Notes under the pieces: model-generated
What the model saw: the letters and a program-made list of their open reading frames with translations, nothing else
The model's database searches: none
What the model was told of the DNA's origin: nothing
Origin: an uncultured Candidatus Saccharibacteria bacterium
GTDB taxonomy: Bacteria > Patescibacteriota > Saccharimonadia > Saccharimonadales > UBA4665
Assembly: GCA_964432725.1 (NCBI GenBank)
Contig: CAYSOP010000002.1
Location: forward strand, 44,354 to 108,353
Length of the DNA: 64,000 nt
Reading direction: 5' to 3'
Position numbers and translations under genes: made by a program
Part shown: positions 27,534 through 36,460 of the stretch, in pieces
Layout of the letters: each line of letters starts with the position of its first letter
Numbering within the stretch: the stretch's first letter is position 1

Positions 27534-28316
27534 TTAGCGCTGTACGGGTACGGCAGATGCAATATTGTTCATATCGAATACAAGCGGCAGCATAAAGTCA
27601 GGATTGGGCGCTACTTGCTGCCAGCTCGACCTACCGTCGCTCTGTAAAACACCGCAGGGCACAAGGCCAGTAAGGTGATGTGGCGCACCGTCTGTACCTA
27701 CCGAACTTACTGTTTGTTCGATGGCAACCACTGCGGTAGTACCAGGCCTAGCATTGGCTGCATGCAGCAGCAACGACGCGCTCTCGTCTACAACGCTCCC
27801 GCCCTGAATTGTATCTACTAATGTCATAGCTTCGGTTGGGACTTCGCCGGTTGACCTACTAAGCCATGCCTCTGGATTGTCGTCGGCCAGCACAATTGTG
27901 CGGGCTGTTGGCTCTAAAACGGCGCTAATGCCGTTGGCTTGCATGTCGGCCCGCTGAGCAAGCGCATCGGACTGGTTACCGAGCTTTAAGTTTACACGCA
28001 GTAATTGTTGGCTAGTCCGCTCTTGTGGTGTTAGCTCGTCAGATATATCGTTAACCTCCATGCCTTCGCAGCGTATGCCGGTGGCTAGTATGGCTTCGGG
28101 ACCACTTGGGTTGGGTGCTGTTTCTACCGACTTTAGAGTTGGGCCATTTGGTATTTCGGTCTCTTGGATTACAGGCGCAGGTTGCGGAGACGACCTATCG
28201 GTTAGTGCGCTAACTCCGCCGGCAGCAGCTACCAATACCGCACCAGCGGCAACCAATCGTCGCTTTGTAAAAAGCTGCTTGGGCTTAGACTCTGCAGGGC
28301 TTTTATTTTTGTTCAT
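27534..28316 (-). CDS. secreted or membrane-anchored hypothetical protein
   Basis: N-terminal basic segment plus TM 'LVAAGAVLVAAAGGVSAL'. 260 aa. Confidence 0.55.
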   Translation of the reverse strand: MNKNKSPAESKPKQLFTKRRLVAAGAVLVAAAGGVSALTDRSSPQPAPVIQETEIPNGPTLKSVETAPNPSGPEAILATGIRCEGMEVNDISDELTPQERTSQQLLRVNLKLGNQSDALAQRADMQANGISAVLEPTARTIVLADDNPEAWLSRSTGEVPTEAMTLVDTIQGGSVVDESASLLLHAANARPGTTAVVAIEQTVSSVGTDGAPHHLTGLVPCGVLQSDGRSSWQQVAPNPDFMLPLVFDMNNIASAVPVQR

Positions 28317-28344
28317 TAAATTTACATTAGCACAATAAAGTTAT

Positions 28345-29535
28345 TTAATCAACGTACGCTTCAAGTTGCGCTTTCGCTACCGCAGAACTCAATTTCTTCA
28401 TAGCAGCAATCTTCGTTACAGATATACCCTGACGAGTAACACCATACTCGGCACCGATTTCGGCTAAGCTCATTTGCTGGCCACCTAAGCCAAAGTACTT
28501 ACGGACAATGTCAGCCTCGCGGTCGCTCAAGAGAGTGTCTAACGCGTTCTCTATAGCACCTGGAAGCTGACGTTTAACCGTCTGTTTGTGTACATCTTGG
28601 TCGGGGTCGGGAATAAAGTCGCCCAATTGTGCATCGCTATCATGACCGATGGGCTGCTGGTAGCTTATGGGCTCGCGGGCATCTTGGATAATCTCGCTTA
28701 ATTTTTCGGGCGTCATATCCATTTCTATGGCCAACTCTGCTGCTGTGGGCTCGCGCCCAAGCGTTTGCGCCATTTGGCGTTGAGTCCTGTGCAACGCGTT
28801 AATTGCAGTTACCTTGTACTCCGGTATACGAATGGTGCGGGCTTGGGCGGCAATAGCGCGGGTAATCGCCTGGCGGATCCACCAGGTAGCGCAGGTACTA
28901 AATTTATTACCCCTTGCGTAATCAAATTCCTCTGCTGCCGCTTTGTACAACCCCACGTTTCCCTCTTGTATAAGGTCTAAAAACTCCATCCCCCTACCCG
29001 TATATCGATTAGCTATACTAACTACCAACCGCAAATTAGCTTCGATTAGATCCTTTTTGGCTTGGTTACCGTCACGTACGCGCCGGCTTAGGTCGTTCTT
29101 AAGCTGATCATCGACCTGCAAGTCTTTACGCTTTTCTGCCGAAGCTAACCGCTCCGCAGCAGATGCACCTGCCTCGATCCGCTTTGCCAATTCCACTTCT
29201 TGTTCGGTAGTAATACGCGATATTTTACCGATTTTATTCAAGTAGGCCTTTACGGAACGGGCGCCGCTATACGTATCCGCAGTTTGGAGTGTATCTTCGG
29301 CCGAGGCCTCTTCTTGACCATCCAAATTAAATAATTCACCATCCGCCGCTGCCTGAGGTGTATCTGCTTCGATGATGGCTGTCTTACTAAGCGCAACAGC
29401 AGCCGCAGGCAACACAACCGCTCCAGCAGCGTCTGGGGTATGGGCCATATTGGGCGCTGTGCCGTCGGGAGGAATTGGCAGTAAATAAGCCGCTTCGTTA
29501 CCGGGTGACAAGTCCCTATTTTGTTGCTCAAACAT
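28345..29535 (-). CDS. RNA polymerase sigma-70 family factor (second RpoD-like paralog)
   Basis: Region 2 '[27 protein letters not shown]', region 3 and region 4.2 HTH '[20 protein letters not shown]'. Confidence 0.85.
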   Translation of the reverse strand: MFEQQNRDLSPGNEAAYLLPIPPDGTAPNMAHTPDAAGAVVLPAAAVALSKTAIIEADTPQAAADGELFNLDGQEEASAEDTLQTADTYSGARSVKAYLNKIGKISRITTEQEVELAKRIEAGASAAERLASAEKRKDLQVDDQLKNDLSRRVRDGNQAKKDLIEANLRLVVSIANRYTGRGMEFLDLIQEGNVGLYKAAAEEFDYARGNKFSTCATWWIRQAITRAIAAQARTIRIPEYKVTAINALHRTQRQMAQTLGREPTAAELAIEMDMTPEKLSEIIQDAREPISYQQPIGHDSDAQLGDFIPDPDQDVHKQTVKRQLPGAIENALDTLLSDREADIVRKYFGLGGQQMSLAEIGAEYGVTRQGISVTKIAAMKKLSSAVAKAQLEAYVD

Positions 29536-29614
29536 ATACTGCGTATAGAGTAGTATGGTTTATTGTATTTGTAAACAAAAGATGATGTAGTATAACCGCT
29601 ATAATACTAACTAT

Positions 29615-32428
29615 ATGGACACTGCCGGGCCCGATCAACTGGACTACTACCGCTTGGACGGCGAACAAACACTTGCGCAAGTAGCCTCGCACGCCCACGG
29701 GTTGCAGGCTACTGAGGCCGCCAAGCGCTTAGACCGTGAGGGACCAAATAGTATTGCCTCGCAACGCAAAGACCCGCTGCTACTGCGCTACCTACGGCAA
29801 TTTAAAGACCTAATGATCATTTTGCTGGTGCTGAGCGGTGCAGTGGCCTGGTATTTGCACGACCCGCGGACGGCGGTAGTACTATTTGCCCTGGCTTTAT
29901 TTAATACTACGATTAGCTTTTTACAGGAGTACCGGGCCGGACGGCTAATGGATTCGCTGGAACGGTTAGTCGTGTCCGAAGCGCAAGTTATGCGCGGTGG
30001 CAAACTGGTACCGCAACCGTCTGCAGAACTAGTGGTAGGCGACATCGTATACATAGAAGAGGGCAATTCTGTGCCCGCAGACCTTCGTATTCTGAGTAAA
30101 GACAACCTTAGCACTAACGACTTTGCCCTGACAGGCGAAAGCAACCCTACCCACAAATTTACCCATGCTATTAGCGGCACAGTCCCCTTACCCGCCCGCC
30201 AAAACCTGCTGTTTATGGGCACGACGGTGGCAACTGGCCACGGCATTGGTGTGGTTATTGGCACTGGTATGCAAACCGAACTCGGCCGCATTGCCTCGCT
30301 CAGCGAAGCGACGACTCGCCAAAACAGCCCATTGCAGAAAGAAATGGCCAACATTGCCAGCAAAGTTACCAAAGGCATTATTATTTTGTGCATCATCCTA
30401 CTGCCGGTTGCCATTAACAGCGGCCTGCCCTTTAAAGACGCGCTGCTATTTGCCATTGGTATTGCCTGTGCACTTATTCCCAATGGCTTGCCGGCGGCCA
30501 TTAGCACTTCGCTGGCAAGAGCAGCCGGTAAGCTGGCAAAAGACAAAGCCTTAGTTAAAAAGCTTTCAGCTGTCGAAACACTAGGGGCTACTAGTGTTAT
30601 TTGCACCGATAAAACCGGTACGTTAACCCAAAACCAAATGACCGTAGAACAACTACTTATTGGCAGAAGCACCTACTATGTAACCGGCAAAGGCTACCAG
30701 CCGCTCGGTGCCATTAAAGACGCCAAACACGTTGCCTTGCATGACGAACAGCTACGCGATTTAGACCTGTTCTTTATTACCGGCAGCCTGGCCAGCAATG
30801 CGCGCATTAACCCGCCGGACGAAGACCATGGCGAATGGTATGTGCTGGGCGACCCTACCGAAGGCGCCATACTAACGCTAGCCCAAAAGGCAGGCATAAA
30901 TACCACCTATATAGAACAAGGCTACAAAGAGCTGCACGAGTTTAGCTTTGATTCGGCCCGGAAACGTATGAGCACTATCCGCGAATACGGTACCCATAAC
31001 CAGCCGTATGTATTTGTAAAAGGCGCCCCCGAAAACGTACTGGAACGCTGTACCGAAATATGGGATCACGGCCACACTCGCCCACTACAAGCCGCCGACC
31101 GCACCTATCTGCTACACCACAACGAACAAAAAGCTGCCGGCGCCATGCGCAACCTGGGTTTTGCTTACCGCGTACTGCCCGCCAAAACCGATGCAAAATC
31201 GCTGACCATAGACGAGGCAGAGTCCAAGCTAGTCTGGCTGGGCATGGCGTCCATGATAGATCCGCTACGCCCAGAAGTACCGGCAGCTATGGAGATTGCC
31301 AAGCGGGCTAACATTAAAGTGTCCATCATTACCGGCGATTACGCGGTGACCGCCAAAGCCATTGCCCTGCGCGCCAAACTAACCGACGACCCCAAAGATA
31401 TAGTGGTGGTAACCGGCGAAGAGTTACTAGCTATGAGCGATGCGCGGGTGCTAGAGCTAGTAATTCGCGGCGGCGTTATATTCTCGCGCGTGTCGCCCGA
31501 AGATAAACTGCGTATTGTAGGCCTCGTACAAGACACCGGCAAAGTTGTAGCCGTAACCGGCGACGGCATTAATGACGCCCCGGCCCTTAAGCGCGCCGAC
31601 ATTGGCGTGGCAATGGGGGTTACCGGTACCGACGTCGCCAAACAAGCCGCCGAAATAATTTTATTAGACGACAGTTTTAAAACGCTGGTCGGTGCGGTAC
31701 AAGAAGGCCGGATAATATTCCAGAATATTAAAAAGGCAACCATTTGTTCGTTTACCGGCAACGCTGCCGAACTAGTAGTTAACCTACTGAGCCTGGCTGC
31801 CGCAACCGCTACCGGCGTGCCATTGGCGCTGACAGTTATTCAAATACTTGCCATCGACATTATTGCCGAGTTGTTCCCGGTTGCCGCACTAGGCGGCGAC
31901 AAAGCCGACCGCGACTTAATGCGCGAGGAAGCCCGCAACCCCAAGCACCACATTCTAAACATCCACAGCGTTGCCGATTTAGCGTGGTCTGGTGCGCTAA
32001 TTGGTGGGCTAACTTTTGCCAACTACTTGTGGTTCTTTAGCCGGCACGGGGTGGTTGCACAATCGGTTGCGACAGATAGCGCCATACATCTGCAGGCTAC
32101 CGCCCTTACTTATCTGACGCTTGTGCTGTGCCTGTTGGCAAACGTACTGTTACGGCGCAGCGAACACGGGCTATTTACGCGCTACCAACTGCACAACAAG
32201 TCGTTATGGATTGCCATGGTTGCCTCGCTGTTTTGCGTGGCCAACATTATTTACAACCCGTGGCTGGTCGCTTACTTCCACACCGCGCCATTATCGCTGG
32301 CCGACGTACTCACCGCTGTCGGCAGCATGGCCCTATTTATTACCATCCGCGAATTCCAACGCTGGAGCAACAAACACCATAGCCGCGAAGCGGTACTAAA
32401 GCTGCACGCCTCTCTTAAAAGCCAATAA
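29615..32428 (+). CDS. cation-transporting P-type ATPase (type II, Ca2+/Mg2+-like)
   Basis: 'LTGESNP' actuator, 'ICTDKTGTLTQNQM' phosphorylation site, 'VTGDGINDAPALKRADIGVAMG' hinge and about 10 TM segments. Confidence 0.9.
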   Translation: MDTAGPDQLDYYRLDGEQTLAQVASHAHGLQATEAAKRLDREGPNSIASQRKDPLLLRYLRQFKDLMIILLVLSGAVAWYLHDPRTAVVLFALALFNTTISFLQEYRAGRLMDSLERLVVSEAQVMRGGKLVPQPSAELVVGDIVYIEEGNSVPADLRILSKDNLSTNDFALTGESNPTHKFTHAISGTVPLPARQNLLFMGTTVATGHGIGVVIGTGMQTELGRIASLSEATTRQNSPLQKEMANIASKVTKGIIILCIILLPVAINSGLPFKDALLFAIGIACALIPNGLPAAISTSLARAAGKLAKDKALVKKLSAVETLGATSVICTDKTGTLTQNQMTVEQLLIGRSTYYVTGKGYQPLGAIKDAKHVALHDEQLRDLDLFFITGSLASNARINPPDEDHGEWYVLGDPTEGAILTLAQKAGINTTYIEQGYKELHEFSFDSARKRMSTIREYGTHNQPYVFVKGAPENVLERCTEIWDHGHTRPLQAADRTYLLHHNEQKAAGAMRNLGFAYRVLPAKTDAKSLTIDEAESKLVWLGMASMIDPLRPEVPAAMEIAKRANIKVSIITGDYAVTAKAIALRAKLTDDPKDIVVVTGEELLAMSDARVLELVIRGGVIFSRVSPEDKLRIVGLVQDTGKVVAVTGDGINDAPALKRADIGVAMGVTGTDVAKQAAEIILLDDSFKTLVGAVQEGRIIFQNIKKATICSFTGNAAELVVNLLSLAAATATGVPLALTVIQILAIDIIAELFPVAALGGDKADRDLMREEARNPKHHILNIHSVADLAWSGALIGGLTFANYLWFFSRHGVVAQSVATDSAIHLQATALTYLTLVLCLLANVLLRRSEHGLFTRYQLHNKSLWIAMVASLFCVANIIYNPWLVAYFHTAPLSLADVLTAVGSMALFITIREFQRWSNKHHSREAVLKLHASLKSQ

Positions 32429-32439
32429 GCAGATACGGC

Positions 32440-33285
32440 TCAGGCTAAATTGCGGATGCCACGTATAAACACGTGCCCTTTGGAAGGCTTAACCGGTTGT
32501 TCGAATACAATAAACGGATCTTTGGCAATTTTGGCGGCCGTCCAGTCGTACATATCGACCGCAGTTTTAAGTGCGGGGCGTAGCATGCCGGGCACATACC
32601 CAAAACCTTGGCTGGCCTCGTGCTGCCAATCTTTGTAACGGCGCAGTTCCAGGCGTATTAACCGCCTAAAGGCAGCCGGATCTTTGTGTGCGTTGTCTTT
32701 ATCCAGCTTGGTTAGGCCCGCCTCCTGGATATCTGCCGCCGGAAAATAACTGCGCCCTAGGGTAAGGTCTTCGCCCACATCACGAATAAAGTTAATCCAC
32801 TGCATTGCCCTGCCCTGCAGCATGGCTGTCTGGTATGAAGCCGGGCTCAGGCCCATAATCTTGGCCATCATCAGCCCCACCACCTCTGCCGATCCATGCA
32901 CATAGCGCAGCGAATCATCCAGAATATGGTACTCCGCGTGGTCAAGGTCGGCCTGCATGGCGTCCCAAAAAGCTTCTACCCAAGCATTGTCAAAAGCGTG
33001 CGTACGGGTTAGGCCGACAATATTCTTAATAACACGCTCATCAACCGTATCTTCTGGCTCTGGCGTGGTTACAAAGTGCGGATCAGGCGCGGCGGTATTC
33101 CAGGCAGTGCGCAGCATCTTAAAATGGTGCGCCTGCGGCGGATGTGCGTCTACGTAATCGTCGGCAACGCGTAAAAAACTATATAATTTTAAGACGTCGT
33201 GGCGTACGGCTTTTGGGAATAACTGGGTACTCCAGTAATAGGTCGTGCTGCCTGTTTTGAATATGCCATCTTCGACCTTATCCAT
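32440..33285 (-). CDS. squalene/phytoene synthase-family prenyltransferase
   Basis: 'YYWSTQLFP', Asp-rich 'RVADDYVD' and a second motif 'FIRDVGEDL'. Confidence 0.8.
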   Translation of the reverse strand: MDKVEDGIFKTGSTTYYWSTQLFPKAVRHDVLKLYSFLRVADDYVDAHPPQAHHFKMLRTAWNTAAPDPHFVTTPEPEDTVDERVIKNIVGLTRTHAFDNAWVEAFWDAMQADLDHAEYHILDDSLRYVHGSAEVVGLMMAKIMGLSPASYQTAMLQGRAMQWINFIRDVGEDLTLGRSYFPAADIQEAGLTKLDKDNAHKDPAAFRRLIRLELRRYKDWQHEASQGFGYVPGMLRPALKTAVDMYDWTAAKIAKDPFIVFEQPVKPSKGHVFIRGIRNLA

Positions 33286-33299
33286 GTATATTTATAATA

Positions 33300-33326
33300 C
33301 TGGATTCCCGCCTTCGCGGGAATGAC
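33300..33326 (-). repeat. GTCAT...CCAG hairpin repeat, copy H4
   Basis: The minus strand reads GTCATTCCCGCGAAGGCGGGAATCCAG. Lies between the two isoprenoid genes. Confidence 0.8.
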
Positions 33327-33331
33327 GGTAA

Positions 33332-34429
33332 TTAGTTGACGCGGTCTTGCAATGCCAGGGTCAGATCGCGTAAAAATCCCATACCCGTGTCGGACCACAT
33401 ATCTTTGTTACTTTCGAGCGCAGCCAATGCGGCCTGGGTGTGTGTATGTGCCTCTTTGCGGGCATGGGCCAAGGCGCCACACGATTTTATTATGGAGCGG
33501 CACTGGGCGAGATCGTTGTCGGTTAAGTCTTGTTTGCCTAGACACGCCTGTAATATTTGGCGGTCCTCTGGGCGGGCGTGCTCGAGCGCATACAGCACTA
33601 GTAACGTCCCCTTGCCTTCGCGTATATCATCGCCGGGGGTCTTTCCTAGGGCTGCTTCGTCACCGTAAATACCTAGTATATCGTCGGTAATTTGGAAAGC
33701 CTTGCCGGCGTGTAGTCCGTAAGGGGTAATGGCATCGGTAAATTCGCAGCTGGCGCATGCTAGCACCATACCAACATGCAGCGGGTTAATAATGGTATAG
33801 AGTGCTGTTTTCCACTCTAGGACCCGTTCTACGTCCTCTGCACTGGGTGCTGCAACAAGCTCGTTCATAATGTCTAGTGTTTGGCCGTGGGCGGTTATGA
33901 CCATGGTCCGGTTAGATATGCTGAGTGCTTTTAGCCGGGCGTCGGGGTCGGCATCTAAGTTAGCCAGCACCACTTGGGCTGCGTGCCCGCCTGCTATGGC
34001 AGACATGAGCGCCAAGCTCATGCCGGCATGGGCGGCATCGCCTTTTAAGTTGTGCCGTTGGTGATAGTCGGTTAGCATTTCGTGGGCTGTTGGCTTGCCG
34101 CGTCGCAGTTTAGAACGATCTTGAATGTCGTCGATCATTAAAATGTAGGTATGGAGCATCTCTATAGCGCGGGCGGCCTCTATAATCATGGGCCTATTGG
34201 TACCGCCTGCCATTTCGTAGCCTACCATTACCAGTGCACCGCGGATCCGTTTGCCGCCGCGTTCAAGCATGTCTAAAAACACATCTGTTTCGACTTCGGC
34301 GACGTACCTGCCATACTGACCGGCGGTAGTTTTACGAATATCTGCCGCGTAGGCAGCAATGTCGGCTTCTATAAGTTGTTTATAGCTGGTAAGGCGGTCA
34401 CTAAACGTACTCGGTAGCGACAGTGACAT
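33332..34429 (-). CDS. polyprenyl diphosphate synthase (GGPP synthase-like)
   Basis: First Asp-rich motif 'LMIDDIQDRSKLRRGKPT'. Second motif 'FQITDDILG'. Confidence 0.85.
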   Translation of the reverse strand: MSLSLPSTFSDRLTSYKQLIEADIAAYAADIRKTTAGQYGRYVAEVETDVFLDMLERGGKRIRGALVMVGYEMAGGTNRPMIIEAARAIEMLHTYILMIDDIQDRSKLRRGKPTAHEMLTDYHQRHNLKGDAAHAGMSLALMSAIAGGHAAQVVLANLDADPDARLKALSISNRTMVITAHGQTLDIMNELVAAPSAEDVERVLEWKTALYTIINPLHVGMVLACASCEFTDAITPYGLHAGKAFQITDDILGIYGDEAALGKTPGDDIREGKGTLLVLYALEHARPEDRQILQACLGKQDLTDNDLAQCRSIIKSCGALAHARKEAHTHTQAALAALESNKDMWSDTGMGFLRDLTLALQDRVN

Positions 34430-34435
34430 ACAGCG

Positions 34436-35044
34436 TTACGCGCTCTTAATTCCTAGGGCCTTTAGCAGGTCTTGCTCAAACTCGTCCATATCACTGGAGT
34501 TGTTGGAAACAAACACATCGCTACGCTCTTTGACTGCGGCCATATTAAGCACAGCTTCGTCTGCGCCTTTTGGCGGGTGCATCTCGGCCTCTTGTTCAGC
34601 TAGAAATTCTTCAAAGGTTTTGTTGTCTTCGCCAGTCCGGCCGCGGTATACAGAGTTTGCCTGTATACGGTTATAGCGGACCACGGGGTCAGCGTCTGAC
34701 CACAGTACCGTACCGTTCAGCTCGTGTACGCGGTCAGCCTCGTGCGGATTACGCAGCGAAGCCATTACAACACCGGCGTAGCGTTCTTTGTCGGGCAGTG
34801 CATTAAATGCATCCATACCTTTATCTATAAGTACGCCATAGCCGTATTGCCGGCGCCACTCCGAACTAATATCGCGTAAATGCTCACGCTCTACGGGCAA
34901 ACCGCGCTTGCGGCACTCGTCGCGCAACAGTTCGGTTACCGAAATAAACCAATAATTGTGGTGGGCTGCCAACAAATGGCCAATAGAATCCTTACCGGCT
35001 CCATTGGTACCGGATACACCAATAATATGCAAACCACGACTCAT
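34436..35044 (-). CDS. P-loop nucleotide/nucleoside kinase-family protein
   Basis: Walker A 'GVSGTNGAGKDS' with a small kinase-like length and layout. The subfamily is not resolvable by eye. Confidence 0.5.
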   Translation of the reverse strand: MSRGLHIIGVSGTNGAGKDSIGHLLAAHHNYWFISVTELLRDECRKRGLPVEREHLRDISSEWRRQYGYGVLIDKGMDAFNALPDKERYAGVVMASLRNPHEADRVHELNGTVLWSDADPVVRYNRIQANSVYRGRTGEDNKTFEEFLAEQEAEMHPPKGADEAVLNMAAVKERSDVFVSNNSSDMDEFEQDLLKALGIKSA

Positions 35045-35087
35045 GTTCTATACATTGTATAGCAACAGAGGTATTACGGGTAGGGCT

Positions 35088-35837
35088 TTAGTATGTGCCC
35101 CATATCGTTTTGCCATCGGCGCAAAAAGGTAGCAGGCATAAAGCATGGGTACACGCCGTGGCGATAAGTACAAATCGTATAAATGGCTGTCGTACAGCGA
35201 TGAGGCCGATTACACATGACAAGATTACAAGCAGTGGACCCGCTGCGGCAATTCGCCGCATAACCCGCCGCGCCGGACGGCGATATAACAAAGCCATATA
35301 CCCCACGCTCGATAGCAGTACCGCCGCAACCCTCGCCTGTTTTGCAGCCGCTATATGCCCAGCCTCGTGCATAACGCACGATGCAAACACGCCGATAGGT
35401 GCGGCCAATAACCACCACGACAGCTCGGTATATATAATTTTACCGAATATACAGAGCCCAATAAGAGCAATGCATAGCAACCCGTAAGCCCGCAGCATAC
35501 TTTGCATGAAGCCTAAGGGCGTTACCGGACGGCGCTGCCGCCAGCTAGCATACGCCTGCATCCGGGCGGCTACATGAAACGATTCGCCCCATTTTATCTG
35601 CAAGCCGCCTATACGGCCTAGCTGACCGCACGTATCGTACACTGCAGCTGCAGCTTCTAGCTGGCTTATACTCTTTGCCCGCACAGCGAGCTTAATAAGT
35701 TGCTGTATATTACTTTGTTTAGCTAGTTGTGCAATAACCCAGGCGGCATCTGGTGTTAGTGTATAGCCGCAGTCCAATTGAGTATCGTGCAAAGTATGGC
35801 CGCGAACAGACAGATCTGGATGCAAAAGAGCGCGCAC
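35088..35837 (-). CDS. PqqD/RRE-like N-terminal domain fused to an S2P/M50-type intramembrane metalloprotease
   Basis: GTG start. Residues ~5-78 have a PqqD-like pattern ('...GYTLTPDAAWVIAQLAKQSNIQQLIKL...'). 'HEAGH' (157-161) lies at a TM helix, 'LLPFCADG' (235-242) resembles the S2P NxxPxxxLDG motif, and there are 4-5 TM segments. Confidence 0.5.
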   Translation of the reverse strand: MRALLHPDLSVRGHTLHDTQLDCGYTLTPDAAWVIAQLAKQSNIQQLIKLAVRAKSISQLEAAAAVYDTCGQLGRIGGLQIKWGESFHVAARMQAYASWRQRRPVTPLGFMQSMLRAYGLLCIALIGLCIFGKIIYTELSWWLLAAPIGVFASCVMHEAGHIAAAKQARVAAVLLSSVGYMALLYRRPARRVMRRIAAAGPLLVILSCVIGLIAVRQPFIRFVLIATACTHALCLLPFCADGKTIWGTY

Positions 35838-35845
35838 CTTGTTGG

Positions 35846-36040
35846 CTACTTACACTGAATCTTGACTTGGCCCTTCCAAATGTCGACCTGTGCCAGAGCG
35901 ACATGCCCCCAGCCACACTGCCCAACCGCAAAGGCCCATACGCCGCCCAGCGCAAGGACAAACGCTAGGCTGTAAATAATAATGGGAGCAATTTCGTTTA
36001 ATACGGCCAGATTATCTTGCGCCACAATAGCAATGTTCAT
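35846..36040 (-). CDS. 64-aa single-TM peptide (candidate substrate or partner of the adjacent protease)
   Basis: GGAGGG SD precedes the ATG. TM 'IAPIIIYSLAFVLALGGVWAFAV', then C-terminal 'CGWGHVALAQVDIWKGQVKIQCK'. Stops 8 nt before the protease gene. Confidence 0.45.
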   Translation of the reverse strand: MNIAIVAQDNLAVLNEIAPIIIYSLAFVLALGGVWAFAVGQCGWGHVALAQVDIWKGQVKIQCK

Positions 36041-36115
36041 GTACCCTCCGGGCTTTACTGCTTACGTTAATGCGCGAATACTATCCAACACTCCCCCGAC
36101 TTACAAGTAATGTTG

Positions 36116-36412
36116 TCAAAACGACTGTAGAATCTTTTTGAGTATCTGTTCAAAGTTGTAACCATACTTCTCCGGATGGCGCGAAACATCTTGCTCTAAT
36201 GCGTCGACATCAACCCAAGCTACAGTGTCCAATTCACTTACCAACCCAGGATCTTTCTTTTTGATAAGCGCCCGCTGCGCCATTAGAACCTGATTATGTG
36301 AGTTAACTATGATCAGCCGCGCCACGCGGTAAATATCCTCGGGTGCAAATGAGTCACGATTCTTATGTCCAATAACCTCATCGCCTTCGTCAACAATAAC
36401 TAAATCAACCAT
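36116..36412 (-). CDS. Nudix-like remnant lacking the Nudix box (98 aa)
   Basis: Start moved to the ATG at 36412 behind GGAGAA. The N-terminus 'DLVIVDEGDEVIGHKNRD...RVARLIIVNSHNQVLMAQRALIKKKDPG' is IDI/Nudix-like but jumps straight to a C-terminal segment. Confidence 0.5.
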   Translation of the reverse strand: MVDLVIVDEGDEVIGHKNRDSFAPEDIYRVARLIIVNSHNQVLMAQRALIKKKDPGLVSELDTVAWVDVDALEQDVSRHPEKYGYNFEQILKKILQSF

Positions 36413-36460
36413 TTCTCCAGTATGATCTCCAAGTATCCAAAAATACCACCTCGTCGTTAG

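Noticed and set aside
29788-30672. A 294-aa antisense ORF inside the P-type ATPase gene. Similar long antisense ORFs occur in pnp (9553-10215), groEL (59069-59758, 59801-60265), ftsK (4632-5153), the RND gene and dnaG.
   Set aside because: The sense strands carry unmistakable conserved motifs. The antisense products are low-complexity Ser/Ala/Pro/Arg-rich shadow ORFs, as is typical of ~50% GC coding DNA.
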